64,000 nucleotides of DNA from a virus. The translations under genes and the position numbers were made by a program. The notes under the pieces were generated by a model that saw nothing but the letters and a program-made list of their open reading frames with translations, did not search any database and had not been told where the DNA came from. The DNA is taken from positions 1-64,000 of the IMG/VR virus record IMGVR_UViG_3300009314_000003; one strand, 5' to 3'. Shown here in pieces: positions 10,425 through 20,398 of this stretch. Numbering within the stretch: the stretch's first letter is position 1; every line of letters starts with the position of its first letter.

Positions 10425-10629
10425 GTTATTCCTCTCTTGGTGTAAACTTCTCCCAGTCAATGGGAGAGTTCATTTTCCCGGTAGAGACCAGGTAATTATA
10501 TAACCTGGCCTCCCGTTCCTTTATGTGGACAGGGTTATCCATAATCCTGTCCTTTTTGCGAAGCTCTCGCCGATCGGTGCTGTACACCAAGCGGGAGTTT
10601 TGCTTTGTTTTATTCATAGCTTCCTCCTT

Positions 10630-10881
10630 CTATGCTTCTACCATTGGCCAGCACGGGTCCTTTCGGACCACTCCCATACTGACCAGGAGAAGGATAGCCT
10701 CCTCCTTTGTTTCTTCATCCGGCGTCCGGAGTATCCTTCTTGCTTCATACTCCGGTATGGTCTCATGACGAGACCCGCCGAAACGTCTTTCCCGAGTGAC
10801 CTGCACCATGGCAGCGAGCCACTGTTGGTCGAGGTCGTCCTTGGGTACGCTAAGTACCCACACGTGTCTACTTTCACTCAT
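10630..10881 (-). CDS. hypothetical protein
   Basis: 83-aa ORF with AAGGAGGT RBS. Confidence 0.6.
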   Translation of the reverse strand: MSESRHVWVLSVPKDDLDQQWLAAMVQVTRERRFGGSRHETIPEYEARRILRTPDEETKEEAILLLVSMGVVRKDPCWPMVEA

Positions 10882-10893
10882 GGGGTTACCTCC

Positions 10894-11112
10894 TTATTTA
10901 AAGAACTCAAGCTGTTTAGGTATTGAGCTCCTGTTATATGACTTAGCAAGATTCCAGGCCTTGCCCGGACGATATCTTGCCAAGTCTATGACTCTAAGAG
11001 CCGCGCCCCGCTCCAGCTTGTAGCTGTAGCGAGGTCCATTCCCCTTCCAGAAATGGACCAGCACGGCCCAGCCACCCGGATTAGTCCAGGTGACCATTAT
11101 TCCACTACTCAC
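10894..11112 (-). CDS. hypothetical protein
   Basis: 72-aa ORF in the same gene string. Confidence 0.45.
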   Translation of the reverse strand: MSSGIMVTWTNPGGWAVLVHFWKGNGPRYSYKLERGAALRVIDLARYRPGKAWNLAKSYNRSSIPKQLEFFK

Positions 11113-11226
11113 GACAGCAGCTGCAGTAGCTGCAATAGCAGCTGAGTCACAAGTAGGCTGGCGAACCAGGATTGGCTCACCAGTATGACTCCCTGTCGCA
11201 ATTTGTAAGATTCCTCCCGCCTTCGT

Positions 11227-11886
11227 TTACCTCCTTTCTAGTGCCTTATCCAAACCCTCAAAGGGCCTGAATGTGGCAGCTGTGACCACTGGCTGCTCAA
11301 AGGCCCTATAGTTCTTCAGGACCTGCCTGGCCTTGAAGAACTTGCTCTTGGCCGACCGAAGAGCCTTTCGCTCCCCTGTGGTGGCCGTAAGCAGGAATTG
11401 ATAGGACGTCTCCATAGCTGTCCTCAGTTCCTGCTGAGCAGCGTTGGCCTGGGCTCCACACACACCAACCAGGGCACACATGGCGTCCCAGTCTTCGGCC
11501 GCGTGGCTGAGTCCCTTGAGCTCTTCCTGGAGCCCTAGAGCCTCTTCCCAGTCCCGCCTGGCCCTGGAGCTAAGGCTCTTAGCTTCCTCCAGTTGGCCAA
11601 GCAAGGACTCCATTTGATAACTGGCCTTGATGGCCGCCCTCCTTTCCTGAAGGGCCTCTTCGGCGCAGACCATGATGGCCTTTGCCGCCTTTTTGTCGGA
11701 CTTAAGAGATTCCTCCCTTAAGTCCTTTCTTACTCCAGCCTTGACCTCCATGGCCGCCTTCTTGGCAGCCCACTTGGCCTCAGCCTTCCGGGACTGGGCC
11801 TGTTGCTCAGCCCGGACTTGTGTTTCCCGTGCTTCTTTCACCAGGGCACGGGCTCCCTGGATATTTAGAGTTGCATTCATGACCAT
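11227..11886 (-). CDS. hypothetical coiled-coil protein
   Basis: 219-aa Ala/Glu/Lys-rich ORF with AAGGAGG RBS. Confidence 0.65.
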   Translation of the reverse strand: MVMNATLNIQGARALVKEARETQVRAEQQAQSRKAEAKWAAKKAAMEVKAGVRKDLREESLKSDKKAAKAIMVCAEEALQERRAAIKASYQMESLLGQLEEAKSLSSRARRDWEEALGLQEELKGLSHAAEDWDAMCALVGVCGAQANAAQQELRTAMETSYQFLLTATTGERKALRSAKSKFFKARQVLKNYRAFEQPVVTAATFRPFEGLDKALERR

Positions 11887-12205
11887 GACGCAGCCTCCTT
11901 CTTATATTATGGACGCTCTTTATTGAGTGAGCCCCGACTCAGGCAGCATCCTTGTTCCTGCATCGGGGCTTTTGTGTTTTCACCCCCTTCCCCTTGTTGT
12001 GTGGGGAAAAGGGGGGCTTATCTCTCTGATGAGGCTTTCCTCATCATAGGACCTCGGCGAAGAATCGAACTTCACTACAACCATTCGAGGTCTCGAGGGC
12101 TCTGCTTCCCTCAATGGCTCACCACTTTAATCCTCAACTGGTCGCTTTGCCAGCCGTATTGGATAACCCAGGTGACGGGTTGTCTTTCCTAGGACTCTGG
12201 CCTGG

Positions 12206-12625
12206 CTAGTGTGCCAGGACCAAAACCATTATAGCCACCGCTACAGCGGCGCCTATAATGACTTTGGTGGAAGTCCCTGTCCTAGCAGCAGGGACTTCCT
12301 TTTCCCAGGATCCTGGGGCCACTATGCCAATACCCCTCGTGGCATTGACTCTGGCCCTGAGCTTGGCCTTGTGCTGGACCAAGATCATTGACCTCGACTG
12401 GGCTGAGGCCTGGAAGTACACTATTTCTGCCGAGGGGGTAGTGTACTTTTTCACCCACGGGTTATATTCCGTGGGCACCCCCAGCACGACAGTGTATGTA
12501 TATACACCATCGTGCTTAAGGTCGTCCCACACTACGCTGGTGTAGCGAAGCGTGGTGACTTCCTGGGCCACCAAGAAGGCGGCCATGAAGGTGGCCATGA
12601 AGGTGGCCATAAGAGTTGCTTTCAT
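12206..12625 (-). CDS. hypothetical membrane-anchored protein
   Basis: Signal-like N-terminus (repeated MATF), hydrophobic C-terminal helix, AAGGAG RBS. Confidence 0.6.
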   Translation of the reverse strand: MKATLMATFMATFMAAFLVAQEVTTLRYTSVVWDDLKHDGVYTYTVVLGVPTEYNPWVKKYTTPSAEIVYFQASAQSRSMILVQHKAKLRARVNATRGIGIVAPGSWEKEVPAARTGTSTKVIIGAAVAVAIMVLVLAH

Positions 12626-12855
12626 AACAACTCCTTTCCTTTCTTAATCATGATGCCTCACTATCTTTTCAATGGCCCGTAAGGCTTGGGGCCTTTATTT
12701 ACTCGGATCACTCCGAGACTAGTGCAACGTAGTTGTTGCCTTGTACTCTTCTTACTTGCTATTCCTTCCTTCCTATGTACAGAAATGAAGGGTACAATTG
12801 AGCTCAGCCAGGTCTCGAAACCTGTTACCCTTTCGCAGGCACTGAGCGGTCCAGA

Positions 12856-13044
12856 TTACTTATTCTTATTAAACAAGTAATCTTCGATATTCTGAGCTGA
12901 TCTACGATACATCTTAGCAAGGTATATATAACCCTCTATTTTGCGAGGATCACATGATTTGCAGCGATGTTCTAATTCATCTGCTTTCTTTCTAGAAGAA
13001 GATGCATCTTTTCGCAGTTCAGCATCATTTAATACTTCTGGCAT
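12856..13044 (-). CDS. hypothetical protein
   Basis: 62-aa ORF with GGAGG RBS; first gene of the leftward arm. Confidence 0.5.
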   Translation of the reverse strand: MPEVLNDAELRKDASSSRKKADELEHRCKSCDPRKIEGYIYLAKMYRRSAQNIEDYLFNKNK

Positions 13045-13190
13045 ATAGCCTCCATATTAAGAGTTAAAGGGAAGGTATTTTCCAAGCCCCCTTCCCATAG
13101 GGCTTATGTAGAGGGGTCGGGCATGGAACCCAAACTCTCCTTTGATACAATATAGTATCTTTACCACACCCACCGTACACCTAAAATTTC

Positions 13191-13334
13191 TCCCCCAGCA
13201 ATAGCGTCCCTTCCCTCCCCCAGCAATAGCGTCCCTTCCCCCCCCCAACGCCCAGCCTAGTTCCTACCAACACGCCAACCTAGTTCCATATATATATACA
13301 ACAGGGGCCCTACCCCTCCCTGGTAATAGCGTCC
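13191..13334. repeat. direct repeats in the divergent intergenic region
   Basis: CCCCAGCAATAGCGTCCCTTCCC x2, a third AATAGCGTCC, and CCTAGTTCC x2. Confidence 0.6.
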
Positions 13335-13387
13335 AGATGACATATCTAAAATAACAGGGGAAGAAAAGGGCTAGGCCCCAAAGAAAG

Positions 13388-13420
13388 GGTTAGGTTTGCG
13401 CCTAATAAATGCTTAAATTA
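13388..13420 (+). promoter_or_regulatory. candidate phage promoter/operator GGTTAGGTTTGCGCCTA-N9-TAAATTA (copy 1)
   Basis: The identical bipartite motif recurs at 15323-15355; this copy lies upstream of the tRNA. Confidence 0.45.
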
Positions 13421-13486
13421 GGAGGTCTCCCCCTCCCCCCCCTCTGTGTATGTGTGTTAAGTCCACCATCACCACATTACCAAGAA

Positions 13487-13562
13487 GCTGATGTAGCTCA
13501 ACTGGTAGAGCAGTTGATTTGTAATCAGCGGGTCGGGGGTTCGATTCCTCCCATCGGCTCCA
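13487..13562 (+). tRNA. tRNA-Thr(UGU)
   Basis: Acceptor stem GCTGATG/CATCGGC, D arm GCTC-AACTGGTA-GAGC, anticodon loop TT-TGT-AA, T arm GGTTCGATT, encoded CCA; 76 nt. Confidence 0.95.
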
Positions 13563-13819
13563 CCACCCGAAGGCTTGCCCACCCCCTGGCAAGGCGAGGT
13601 AAGTCCCGGGAACCCCGGCAGGTTACGATCTGTCGGAAAGCTTTCAAATGCGGGAGAATCATATATATCTGGGCCCTAGCTATGTTAGCAGCCCTAATTG
13701 AGTTATTAAAAGAGAGAAAGAGAGAAGGAGTAAATAGCAGATGAATAGGATAAATGCTTGTGGAGTTAATTAAGAGATATGACAATATGAAAGGAGATAA
13801 TGCCCCTCGGTCGGGTGGG

Positions 13820-14492
13820 ATGACAGATGAGAGCATCTGGCTTACCTCCGACCATCATTAACTTCCGCCATAAGAATGTCCTGAAGTATACCCGACCCGA
13901 ACTGGTGGAGGATCCGGAGAATATTACCAGGGAGGAGATGACCGCCGCTGAGAAGATGATGATTGAGCGCTGGAACTCTGTCGTGGGCCCTGAGGACCTT
14001 GTCTACTACCTGGGGGACTTTACCCTTAACCGCGGCCCCTCCCTCTGTAAATATATCCTGGAGAAGTTACACGGGGCCAGGGTTATCCTTCTCAAAGGGA
14101 ATCACGATAGGAAGACTAAGGCCATGGAGGCCGCCGGCTTCGCGGAGGTGCATAGCCGTCTCTTCCTCAATCAACAGAATGAGGGAGGGCCAACCTGGCA
14201 TACCACCGAACCGATTCAGGAGACTACCTTCCTGGAGCTGCATCACTATCCAGCTACAGTTACCAACAAATTCCCGGCCGCCGTTGGTCATGCCCACAAT
14301 ACCTGGAAACTAAAGGGGCCGGGGACTAAGATGTTACAGTGGGACCGCCAGCAGAAGGAGAATTCCCCCAGTATCATACTTAAGCACCCCCTGATAAATG
14401 TTTCTGTGGAGAATTGGAACTACACTCCCCTGGCCCTCTCCCATGTCATAGCATTGTTAGATGACCCTCCTCCTCCTCCGCTCCTTATATAA
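13820..14492 (+). pseudogene. calcineurin-like metallophosphoesterase, frameshifted near the N-terminus
   Basis: YLGDF, KGNHD and GHAH are in the 13827 frame. The first motif (IWLTSDHH) is in another frame that ends at TAA 13859-13861. Confidence 0.65.
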
Positions 14493-14601
14493 TAGAGGGG
14501 CCTGGGGCAATAATTCAGGGGCCAGATAATAATCCAGAGAGGCGGACAGAGAGTCAGAGGTAGACAAGAAGTCAGGGGCCGAGCTTGTTTAGCAGGGTAT
14601 A

Positions 14602-14612
14602 TGACATAACTA
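14602..14612 (+). promoter_or_regulatory. candidate late promoter motif TGACATAACTA
   Basis: Recurs in intergenic positions at 44280, 53938 and 62262. Confidence 0.5.
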
Positions 14613-14650
14613 AGGTGACTAAGAAGGGATAAACCCCTAGCCCCCCTGAG

Positions 14651-14866
14651 ATGAAGATGAAGAAGAAGATAACTAAAATTATGAGAGCAGCCACAGTGGT
14701 GGTGGTACTGCTATCCCTCTGTATAGGATGTGCAACCGGGTGGTTCGTCTTCGACTCGGGAAATAAAGGAACCGTGTATTGGAATAGGCAGGAGGAAAAG
14801 AAGAAGAAGGGATATATTTGGATGGATGAATTTTATGAGGAAGAGATGGAGAAAGATGACGGATAA
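14651..14866 (+). CDS. small membrane/lipoprotein-like protein
   Basis: Basic N-terminus followed by a hydrophobic stretch ending in Cys. Confidence 0.55.
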   Translation: MKMKKKITKIMRAATVVVVLLSLCIGCATGWFVFDSGNKGTVYWNRQEEKKKKGYIWMDEFYEEEMEKDDG

Positions 14867-15119
14867 GGGTATACAAAGATCAATACCTCGCCGGGCGGAT
14901 GGCAAAATCAAGGTGTCAGAGTATAGAGAGGTTATGTGGTACGCAACCCAGGATAATAATGAGAGACTGGATAAGATTGAGGAGCACCTGAAGGAACTGA
15001 ATGGGGATGTGGCGAGGAACTCCCACTTTCGGGTGAAATTTAACTTTCTCGGTAAGATCGGTTCAGCACTAGCTGGCCTCGTAGCCCTTGGCATCGGTAT
15101 TTGGAAATTATTTAAGTAG
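14856..15119 (+). CDS. small protein with coiled coil and C-terminal TM helix (holin/XhlA-like)
   Basis: Start MTDKG; RLDKIEEHL coiled coil followed by IGSALAGLVALGIGIWKLFK. Confidence 0.5.
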   Translation: MTDKGIQRSIPRRADGKIKVSEYREVMWYATQDNNERLDKIEEHLKELNGDVARNSHFRVKFNFLGKIGSALAGLVALGIGIWKLFK

Positions 15120-15322
15120 GAGAGTAGTGGAGAAAAGATTCCTAAGTCCCTTCCCCTCTCCCAACATATTATACGGTGGGTGTCCTCCAACACAACGCAG
15201 GGTGCGGGCGGTCTTTCCCCTCCTTTCACCGTCCCTCCCTGCACCCTCCAAAACATACAACCCTCCCCCCACCCGAGGGGTTTTGGTGCTTGGTAACTAA
15301 TAATAAATAAAAGTGAAGAAAA

Positions 15323-15355
15323 GGTTAGGTTTGCGCCTATTATTGTTGTAAATTA
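15323..15355 (+). promoter_or_regulatory. candidate phage promoter/operator (copy 2)
   Basis: Same 17-bp plus TAAATTA motif as at 13388; ends at the ATG of 15355. Confidence 0.45.
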
Positions 15356-15639
15356 TGATGCGTTCAAAAGTAGAAACAACCAACCGTTTAGCCTCCCTCA
15401 ATAAATTTCTCTGCAAATTACAGGATAAAGTATTGGAGACTACCAAGAAAAGTAAACACCAGGTAGGAGCCATTCTCCTACAAGAAGCCCTTCTGGAGGG
15501 TTATACCGCGGGCTTACGGTGGATTCTGGGTGAAGAAGGTGATAATGACTTCGTTGATATTGCAGAAATGAAGATGAAGTTGGGCGAGGCCTTTTCAAAA
15601 TGGCCGGATGCCCCACCACCCAAGGAAATGTATGACTAG
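15355..15639 (+). CDS. hypothetical protein
   Basis: 94-aa ORF. Confidence 0.55.
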   Translation: MMRSKVETTNRLASLNKFLCKLQDKVLETTKKSKHQVGAILLQEALLEGYTAGLRWILGEEGDNDFVDIAEMKMKLGEAFSKWPDAPPPKEMYD

Positions 15640-15689
15640 TTAGAGGACACAACACCCATATACAAGTGAAGGAGGTATATCAATAATCT

Positions 15690-15980
15690 ATGAGAGGAGA
15701 AGAAGAAAGGGAGGGTGCTGAAATAGCCGCCAGAGCATACAATACGGAATCTGATACTGATGATACTGATTACCCCGTTGAAAAGCTTACCTACGTAGAA
15801 CACCGTTACTCCGACGGCACCATAAAACGTATTACCGATCCAGGAGAACTAGATTACTACCAGGAAACTCTCGGTGGTCTGGTTCTTTTCGCGCATGTAC
15901 ACGGATTTAATCCTTTTGAGGATAGGCCCGTAACCTGGGAAAAGAGCAAGGCTACGGATAAAATTGTGGAGGGATATTAG
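15690..15980 (+). CDS. hypothetical protein
   Basis: 96-aa ORF with AAGGAGGT RBS. Confidence 0.6.
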   Translation: MRGEEEREGAEIAARAYNTESDTDDTDYPVEKLTYVEHRYSDGTIKRITDPGELDYYQETLGGLVLFAHVHGFNPFEDRPVTWEKSKATDKIVEGY

Positions 15981-15981
15981 G

Positions 15982-16827
15982 ATGGCACTACAACTACCGA
16001 AGGGTTATCTGAGCATCTCGCAGGTCCAAACATTTATGACTTGCGGACTAAGATATCATTTCCGCTACGTCAAGGGTATTATCAGCCCACCCTCCGTGGC
16101 GCTGGTCTTTGGCTCCTCAGGCCATAAAGCCCTGGAGAAAAACTTCTTCCAGAAGATTGAGACCAAGATTGACCTACCTACTCAGCAGATTCTGGACGAA
16201 TTCTCCGACCAGTTTGATGTTAAGTCTGTGGAGGTGGAGGACTGGGAGGGCCAGAGGCCCGGGATAATTAAGGACAAGGGCATACGGGCTATATCTCTAC
16301 ACCAGCGTGAGATTGCCCCCGGCCTCCAGCCTGTGGAGGATGGTGTGGAGAGAGAACTCTCTCTGGCAGTAGACGGGGTGGAAATGCTCGGTTACACAGA
16401 TTTGATAACGGAGAAGTCTGTTATCGATCACAAGTTTGTTGGCAAGGTTCGTTCCCAGGGGCAGGCTGATAATGATTTACAGCTCTCCTACTATTCTTAC
16501 GCCACCGGTAAGAAGGATGTGGGCCTGAACTGTATCATAAAACCAACTCCCCGTTACCCTGAGGGTAAGGTCCGAATGGTGACTAGCCGGCGTACAAAGA
16601 AGGACCTGGAGTGGATGGAGTTTACTATTAGGTCCGTGGCGGAGAATATATCCAAAGGGGTATTTACACCTGCCCTGCCAGACTCCTGGGCCTGCTGTTC
16701 ACGATTCTGTGGTTATTGGGATATGTGTCGGGGAGGTAAGAATTATCTTGCCCTGGGAAGTGTGGAGGGCCGAGAGGATGAAAACGTAGCAGAACCAAAA
16801 AGCTTGGTGGATATTTTAGACGGATGA
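15982..16827 (+). CDS. PD-(D/E)XK nuclease, RecB/Cas4-like, with probable Fe-S cysteines
   Basis: SISQ...TCGLRY, GSSGH, GYTDL...IDHK, QLSYY and C-terminal CCSRFCGYWDMC. Confidence 0.85.
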   Translation: MALQLPKGYLSISQVQTFMTCGLRYHFRYVKGIISPPSVALVFGSSGHKALEKNFFQKIETKIDLPTQQILDEFSDQFDVKSVEVEDWEGQRPGIIKDKGIRAISLHQREIAPGLQPVEDGVERELSLAVDGVEMLGYTDLITEKSVIDHKFVGKVRSQGQADNDLQLSYYSYATGKKDVGLNCIIKPTPRYPEGKVRMVTSRRTKKDLEWMEFTIRSVAENISKGVFTPALPDSWACCSRFCGYWDMCRGGKNYLALGSVEGREDENVAEPKSLVDILDG

Positions 16828-17945
16828 GGGTAGGGTATATAGCTCCTCTCTCTCCTACAGGGTATGGATCAGCCGCTCTGGGGTATATAAGGGCCATACA
16901 CGAGGCGGGGGTGGATATAAACCTTTCTCTCTGGACCGAATACAGACAGAAGGGTACTTACGAAGGAGATGATGAGCAGTTGATCAGGGAATTGCTATCC
17001 AGGTCGGAGGAAATGAGGGTTTGTGACACAATTATTCATCATAAACAGCCAGATGTTGCCAAACCTGTGGAGGACAAGTATAATATCTGTTATACCGTCT
17101 TCGAGGCTAATGTTATTCCATCTTTATGGGTACAGATTCTTAATAGTTATTTCCAGGAGGTGTGGGTTCCTTCTGAGTTTAACGTTACCTCCTTCCGTAA
17201 TTCTGGCGTTCGTATCCCAATTACCAAGATACCTCATATTGTTAAGGCAGAACCCCTCCAATCTGCTGCTGAGCCTATTGCCCTGAATCCTCAGGACTTT
17301 GAGGGGAAGGTGCTTTTCCTGTTCATAGGCACCTGGGACCAGCGAAAGAACCCTGATGGCCTTCTTACTACCTACTACGAAACCTTTTCCGCGCAGGATA
17401 ATACTCTTCTGGTATGTCGTACACACCTTGGTACTCACGGGGCCGAGTTACCAGCTGATACAATTGCTCGGATCAAAAAGGCAGTTCCTAAGGAACAATA
17501 CCCGCCTGTTATAATCCTTGGGGAGAACCTACCGCAACAGGATATTATCTGGCTACACCAACAGGCTCGTGTCTTCACCTCACTTGCTTACTCAGAGGGA
17601 TGGGGCCTTGGCCACTCTCAGAGCCTGGCTGCTGGTGTACCAGTTCTTTCTAATAACTGGGGCGGTTCCCTGGAATACCAGAATGAGGAGAATAGTTTCC
17701 TGGTAGATACTATTAAAATTGGTCCAGTTACTAGTTCCAATCGAAATACCATATACAATCCATTCTTAATGAGTTGGGGGTACCCTGATCTTAAGCATGC
17801 CTCCAAATTACTTCGTCGGGCCCTGGAAGAACCTGCCCTGTGTCAGGAAAAGGGAAGGGCCGGACAGAAAGATATGAAGCAGTATAATTCCACAACCATT
17901 GGCGAACTAATACAGGGCCGCCTTCGTGACATACCTAAGACATGA
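16824..17945 (+). CDS. GT-B (family 4-like) glycosyltransferase
   Basis: TGYGSA, WVPSEFN, RKNPD and SEGWGL...AAGVPV. Confidence 0.85.
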   Translation: MRVGYIAPLSPTGYGSAALGYIRAIHEAGVDINLSLWTEYRQKGTYEGDDEQLIRELLSRSEEMRVCDTIIHHKQPDVAKPVEDKYNICYTVFEANVIPSLWVQILNSYFQEVWVPSEFNVTSFRNSGVRIPITKIPHIVKAEPLQSAAEPIALNPQDFEGKVLFLFIGTWDQRKNPDGLLTTYYETFSAQDNTLLVCRTHLGTHGAELPADTIARIKKAVPKEQYPPVIILGENLPQQDIIWLHQQARVFTSLAYSEGWGLGHSQSLAAGVPVLSNNWGGSLEYQNEENSFLVDTIKIGPVTSSNRNTIYNPFLMSWGYPDLKHASKLLRRALEEPALCQEKGRAGQKDMKQYNSTTIGELIQGRLRDIPKT

Positions 17946-18304
17946 GAAGAGGAAGAAGAAAAGCGGTTAGAATCTTTGGATATTCTCGTAGGCGGTGGAA
18001 TAAACCACGTATAATACGAGAGATACAGCAGCTGGAGGAGGTTTACTCCACCTGGGTAAAGAAGAATAACAATGCCCTCTGGAAAGCCGCTGTACGTTAT
18101 TTTGGCTCGTGGATGGAGGCTGTGGAGGCTGCAGGTTTTGAATATAGTAAGGTAAGGCGCAAGGGCCCAACCAAACCTCCCCCTAATAAAGGGGTCGGTG
18201 GTAATTGTAGTGAGCATGGGTGTGATGAACCCCATCATGCCAAGGGCCTTTGTAAGAGGCACTATACCATTAAGCGACGTAAGAACGTAAGGCGAAACGC
18301 TTAG
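17942..18304 (+). CDS. DNA-binding protein with homing-endonuclease-associated repeat and zinc finger
   Basis: AAVRYFGSWMEAVEAAG repeat; CSEHGCDEPHHAKGLCKRHY. Confidence 0.6.
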   Translation: MRRGRRKAVRIFGYSRRRWNKPRIIREIQQLEEVYSTWVKKNNNALWKAAVRYFGSWMEAVEAAGFEYSKVRRKGPTKPPPNKGVGGNCSEHGCDEPHHAKGLCKRHYTIKRRKNVRRNA

Positions 18305-18400
18305 CCTAGATCACGTCACACACGACGTCGTACTTACCACCACCATCACCACCACCACCACCATTATTATCACCAAAATAGGAGACCAGCTAAAGATACT

Positions 18401-18931
18401 ATGATCATAGTTAAGCACGTAGCCGAGGATCCTCTCTATATCTACACGGTAAATCATTACCAGGGTATGTATGCCCTTGATTATCTCATTGACCAACTAT
18501 CTGTCTGGATTAAAAATGACTACGAGGAATTTAACCTGGTTCTCACAGGATCCTCATTTGATATGTTGTTGGACGAGGGCGAGTTTATACCTAAGCTCCT
18601 TCGTCGATACGTGGAAGTAAGTGATATGAGTTGGTTAACCGTTGATTGTTACTCCCTTGCCCATCCCCATCCAGAGAATAACCCACAACTGAATGGTTCT
18701 GGGGCTGTACCTCTGTGGTATGATATTATAGAACTCCCAAACAAAAGAGCCGAACGAAGTTTGGTAAGGTTATTGGATAAATATTGTTACCGTAAACAGA
18801 CAGAGAGGAAGGAGAAGAAGAAAAAGAAGGAGGAGGGGAAGGGAACAGAAGAGAGAAAGAGAAAGACTGGTACTACCACTAATAAGAGAAAAAGAGGTCA
18901 TGGCCGGAGACACACCAACAGAAAAACGTAG
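18401..18931 (+). CDS. hypothetical protein with basic tail
   Basis: 176-aa ORF. Confidence 0.55.
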   Translation: MIIVKHVAEDPLYIYTVNHYQGMYALDYLIDQLSVWIKNDYEEFNLVLTGSSFDMLLDEGEFIPKLLRRYVEVSDMSWLTVDCYSLAHPHPENNPQLNGSGAVPLWYDIIELPNKRAERSLVRLLDKYCYRKQTERKEKKKKKEEGKGTEERKRKTGTTTNKRKRGHGRRHTNRKT

Positions 18932-20174
18932 AGTACTTAAGTATAAACCCGATATTGAGTTCCGCAGGAGACCTATATCAGGGGATGGCGGTATACGCGC
19001 CGAGGATGATATCGAGGCTAGGCGTGAGTCAAGGGTAGATGGTGTTAAGCAGAGACGTAGACGCCGGCTGAATAAACTTATCAGGACCGAGGAGAAGTTG
19101 GATGATATTGAAGAACGTCTTGAAGAAATGCTGGAGGACTTGAGGTTTACCTTTAATCCAACAGAGCGGCCTAGACTGTCCCAGGCAGTTGATATACTTA
19201 ACCGGAGTAAAGGCCCGGCTCCCCTGGGTACCCGCCCCTATGAATCTGATTATACAACCGGTGTTGTGGATTTTACAACATACAAAAGGGCCCTCACGCT
19301 TTCCATGGATGCTATGCTCCATACCTACGGAGTTGATCCTGTGAACTATATCTTTGCTCAACAGGATGAGTATGGACAGCCACTTATTCCTAAGCCACAA
19401 GGTAAACCAGCAAATTGCCAGGAGATGGAGGAAATGAGTTACATTAATGAGGGGGATGATGCCGAATTGGCCCCCATTGATGTGGTAATTGAGGAGATGC
19501 AGCAGTCTGCCCTCCTGGATATAATGACTCTTCTCTGGAAGCTCCTTCTCTATTTTGTCTACGGCTTCATCATTTATTTCTGTAAGAAACTTAAGTTAAC
19601 AAAGATTCCTGCTGGTATTGGTAAGAAGGTAAAGAAATTCATTAAGAAGCTGAAGAGAAAGAGGGCCGAGATATTATGTGAAATTAGTGGTGACTGTTCT
19701 GACCTGGAAGATACTGAGGATACTGGATTGGACTACGAGGGTTTTGATGATATGGATCATACCGGAGATGAATTTTGGTCAGGGGTAGAATGTCTAACCG
19801 CCGCCAAGACAGTTCTTGACTTCGTTAACCGCTCCGCCGCCGGTGCAATAGAGAATCAGGCCAATATAAATATCCCTGCAGGCGTTGACACACTTGGCGG
19901 TTCTGATGGGGGCGATGGTGGTGCAGATACACCCGGTGGTGATGAATCTCCTCCTGTCGAGGGACGGGTAAGTGCACTCCCTCTCTATACCACAGTCCAG
20001 CGTATACGTGATCTCCTGGAGGCGGAAAAGTTTAATGCGATTATGGAAGTCCCCTCCAGCGAAGAAGACCTTCAGCCCCTGGTGGATACTCTTGAGGAAG
20101 GGACTCACACACGTAAGCGTTATAGAAACAGATATTTTAACCGTAATGCCCAGGCGTGGAGAAATTTGAGATGA
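18900..20174 (+). CDS. hypothetical acidic protein with one hydrophobic segment
   Basis: 424-aa ORF. Confidence 0.65.
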   Translation: MAGDTPTEKRRVLKYKPDIEFRRRPISGDGGIRAEDDIEARRESRVDGVKQRRRRRLNKLIRTEEKLDDIEERLEEMLEDLRFTFNPTERPRLSQAVDILNRSKGPAPLGTRPYESDYTTGVVDFTTYKRALTLSMDAMLHTYGVDPVNYIFAQQDEYGQPLIPKPQGKPANCQEMEEMSYINEGDDAELAPIDVVIEEMQQSALLDIMTLLWKLLLYFVYGFIIYFCKKLKLTKIPAGIGKKVKKFIKKLKRKRAEILCEISGDCSDLEDTEDTGLDYEGFDDMDHTGDEFWSGVECLTAAKTVLDFVNRSAAGAIENQANINIPAGVDTLGGSDGGDGGADTPGGDESPPVEGRVSALPLYTTVQRIRDLLEAEKFNAIMEVPSSEEDLQPLVDTLEEGTHTRKRYRNRYFNRNAQAWRNLR

Positions 20175-20398
20175 AGATTATAGAAGGTTCAGAGGAATGG
20201 CTCCTGGAGGAAGAAGAATTTACTATAAACGAACAGAGTGCCTCAATTAGCTGCATAGGTTGTGGAAAGCCATTGGAGCTTTATAATTACATTAGTACCT
20301 CTTGTGATTGTGGACGTCTTTACCGAATGCAGACCGCGGTCGTGGTTGAGTGGGTAGAGGGAGAGGAGATAGTACAAGAGAAGTGGGAATATGAGTGA
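20156..20398 (+). CDS. small zinc-ribbon protein
   Basis: CIGCG...CDCG. Confidence 0.55.
   Translation: MEKFEMKIIEGSEEWLLEEEEFTINEQSASISCIGCGKPLELYNYISTSCDCGRLYRMQTAVVVEWVEGEEIVQEKWEYE

Noticed and set aside
13563-13760. Possible tmRNA or other ncRNA after the tRNA (LAA-like codons)
   Set aside because: There are no tRNA-Ala-like ends and the LAA is not followed by an in-frame stop.
15982-16827. CRISPR-Cas locus suggested by the Cas4-like nuclease
   Set aside because: No cas1/cas2 and no repeat-spacer array were seen; stand-alone Cas4/RecB-like nucleases are common in phages.
18336-18375. ACC/ATC trinucleotide tracts here and at about 51023-51050
   Set aside because: Short low-complexity intergenic runs with no supporting structure.
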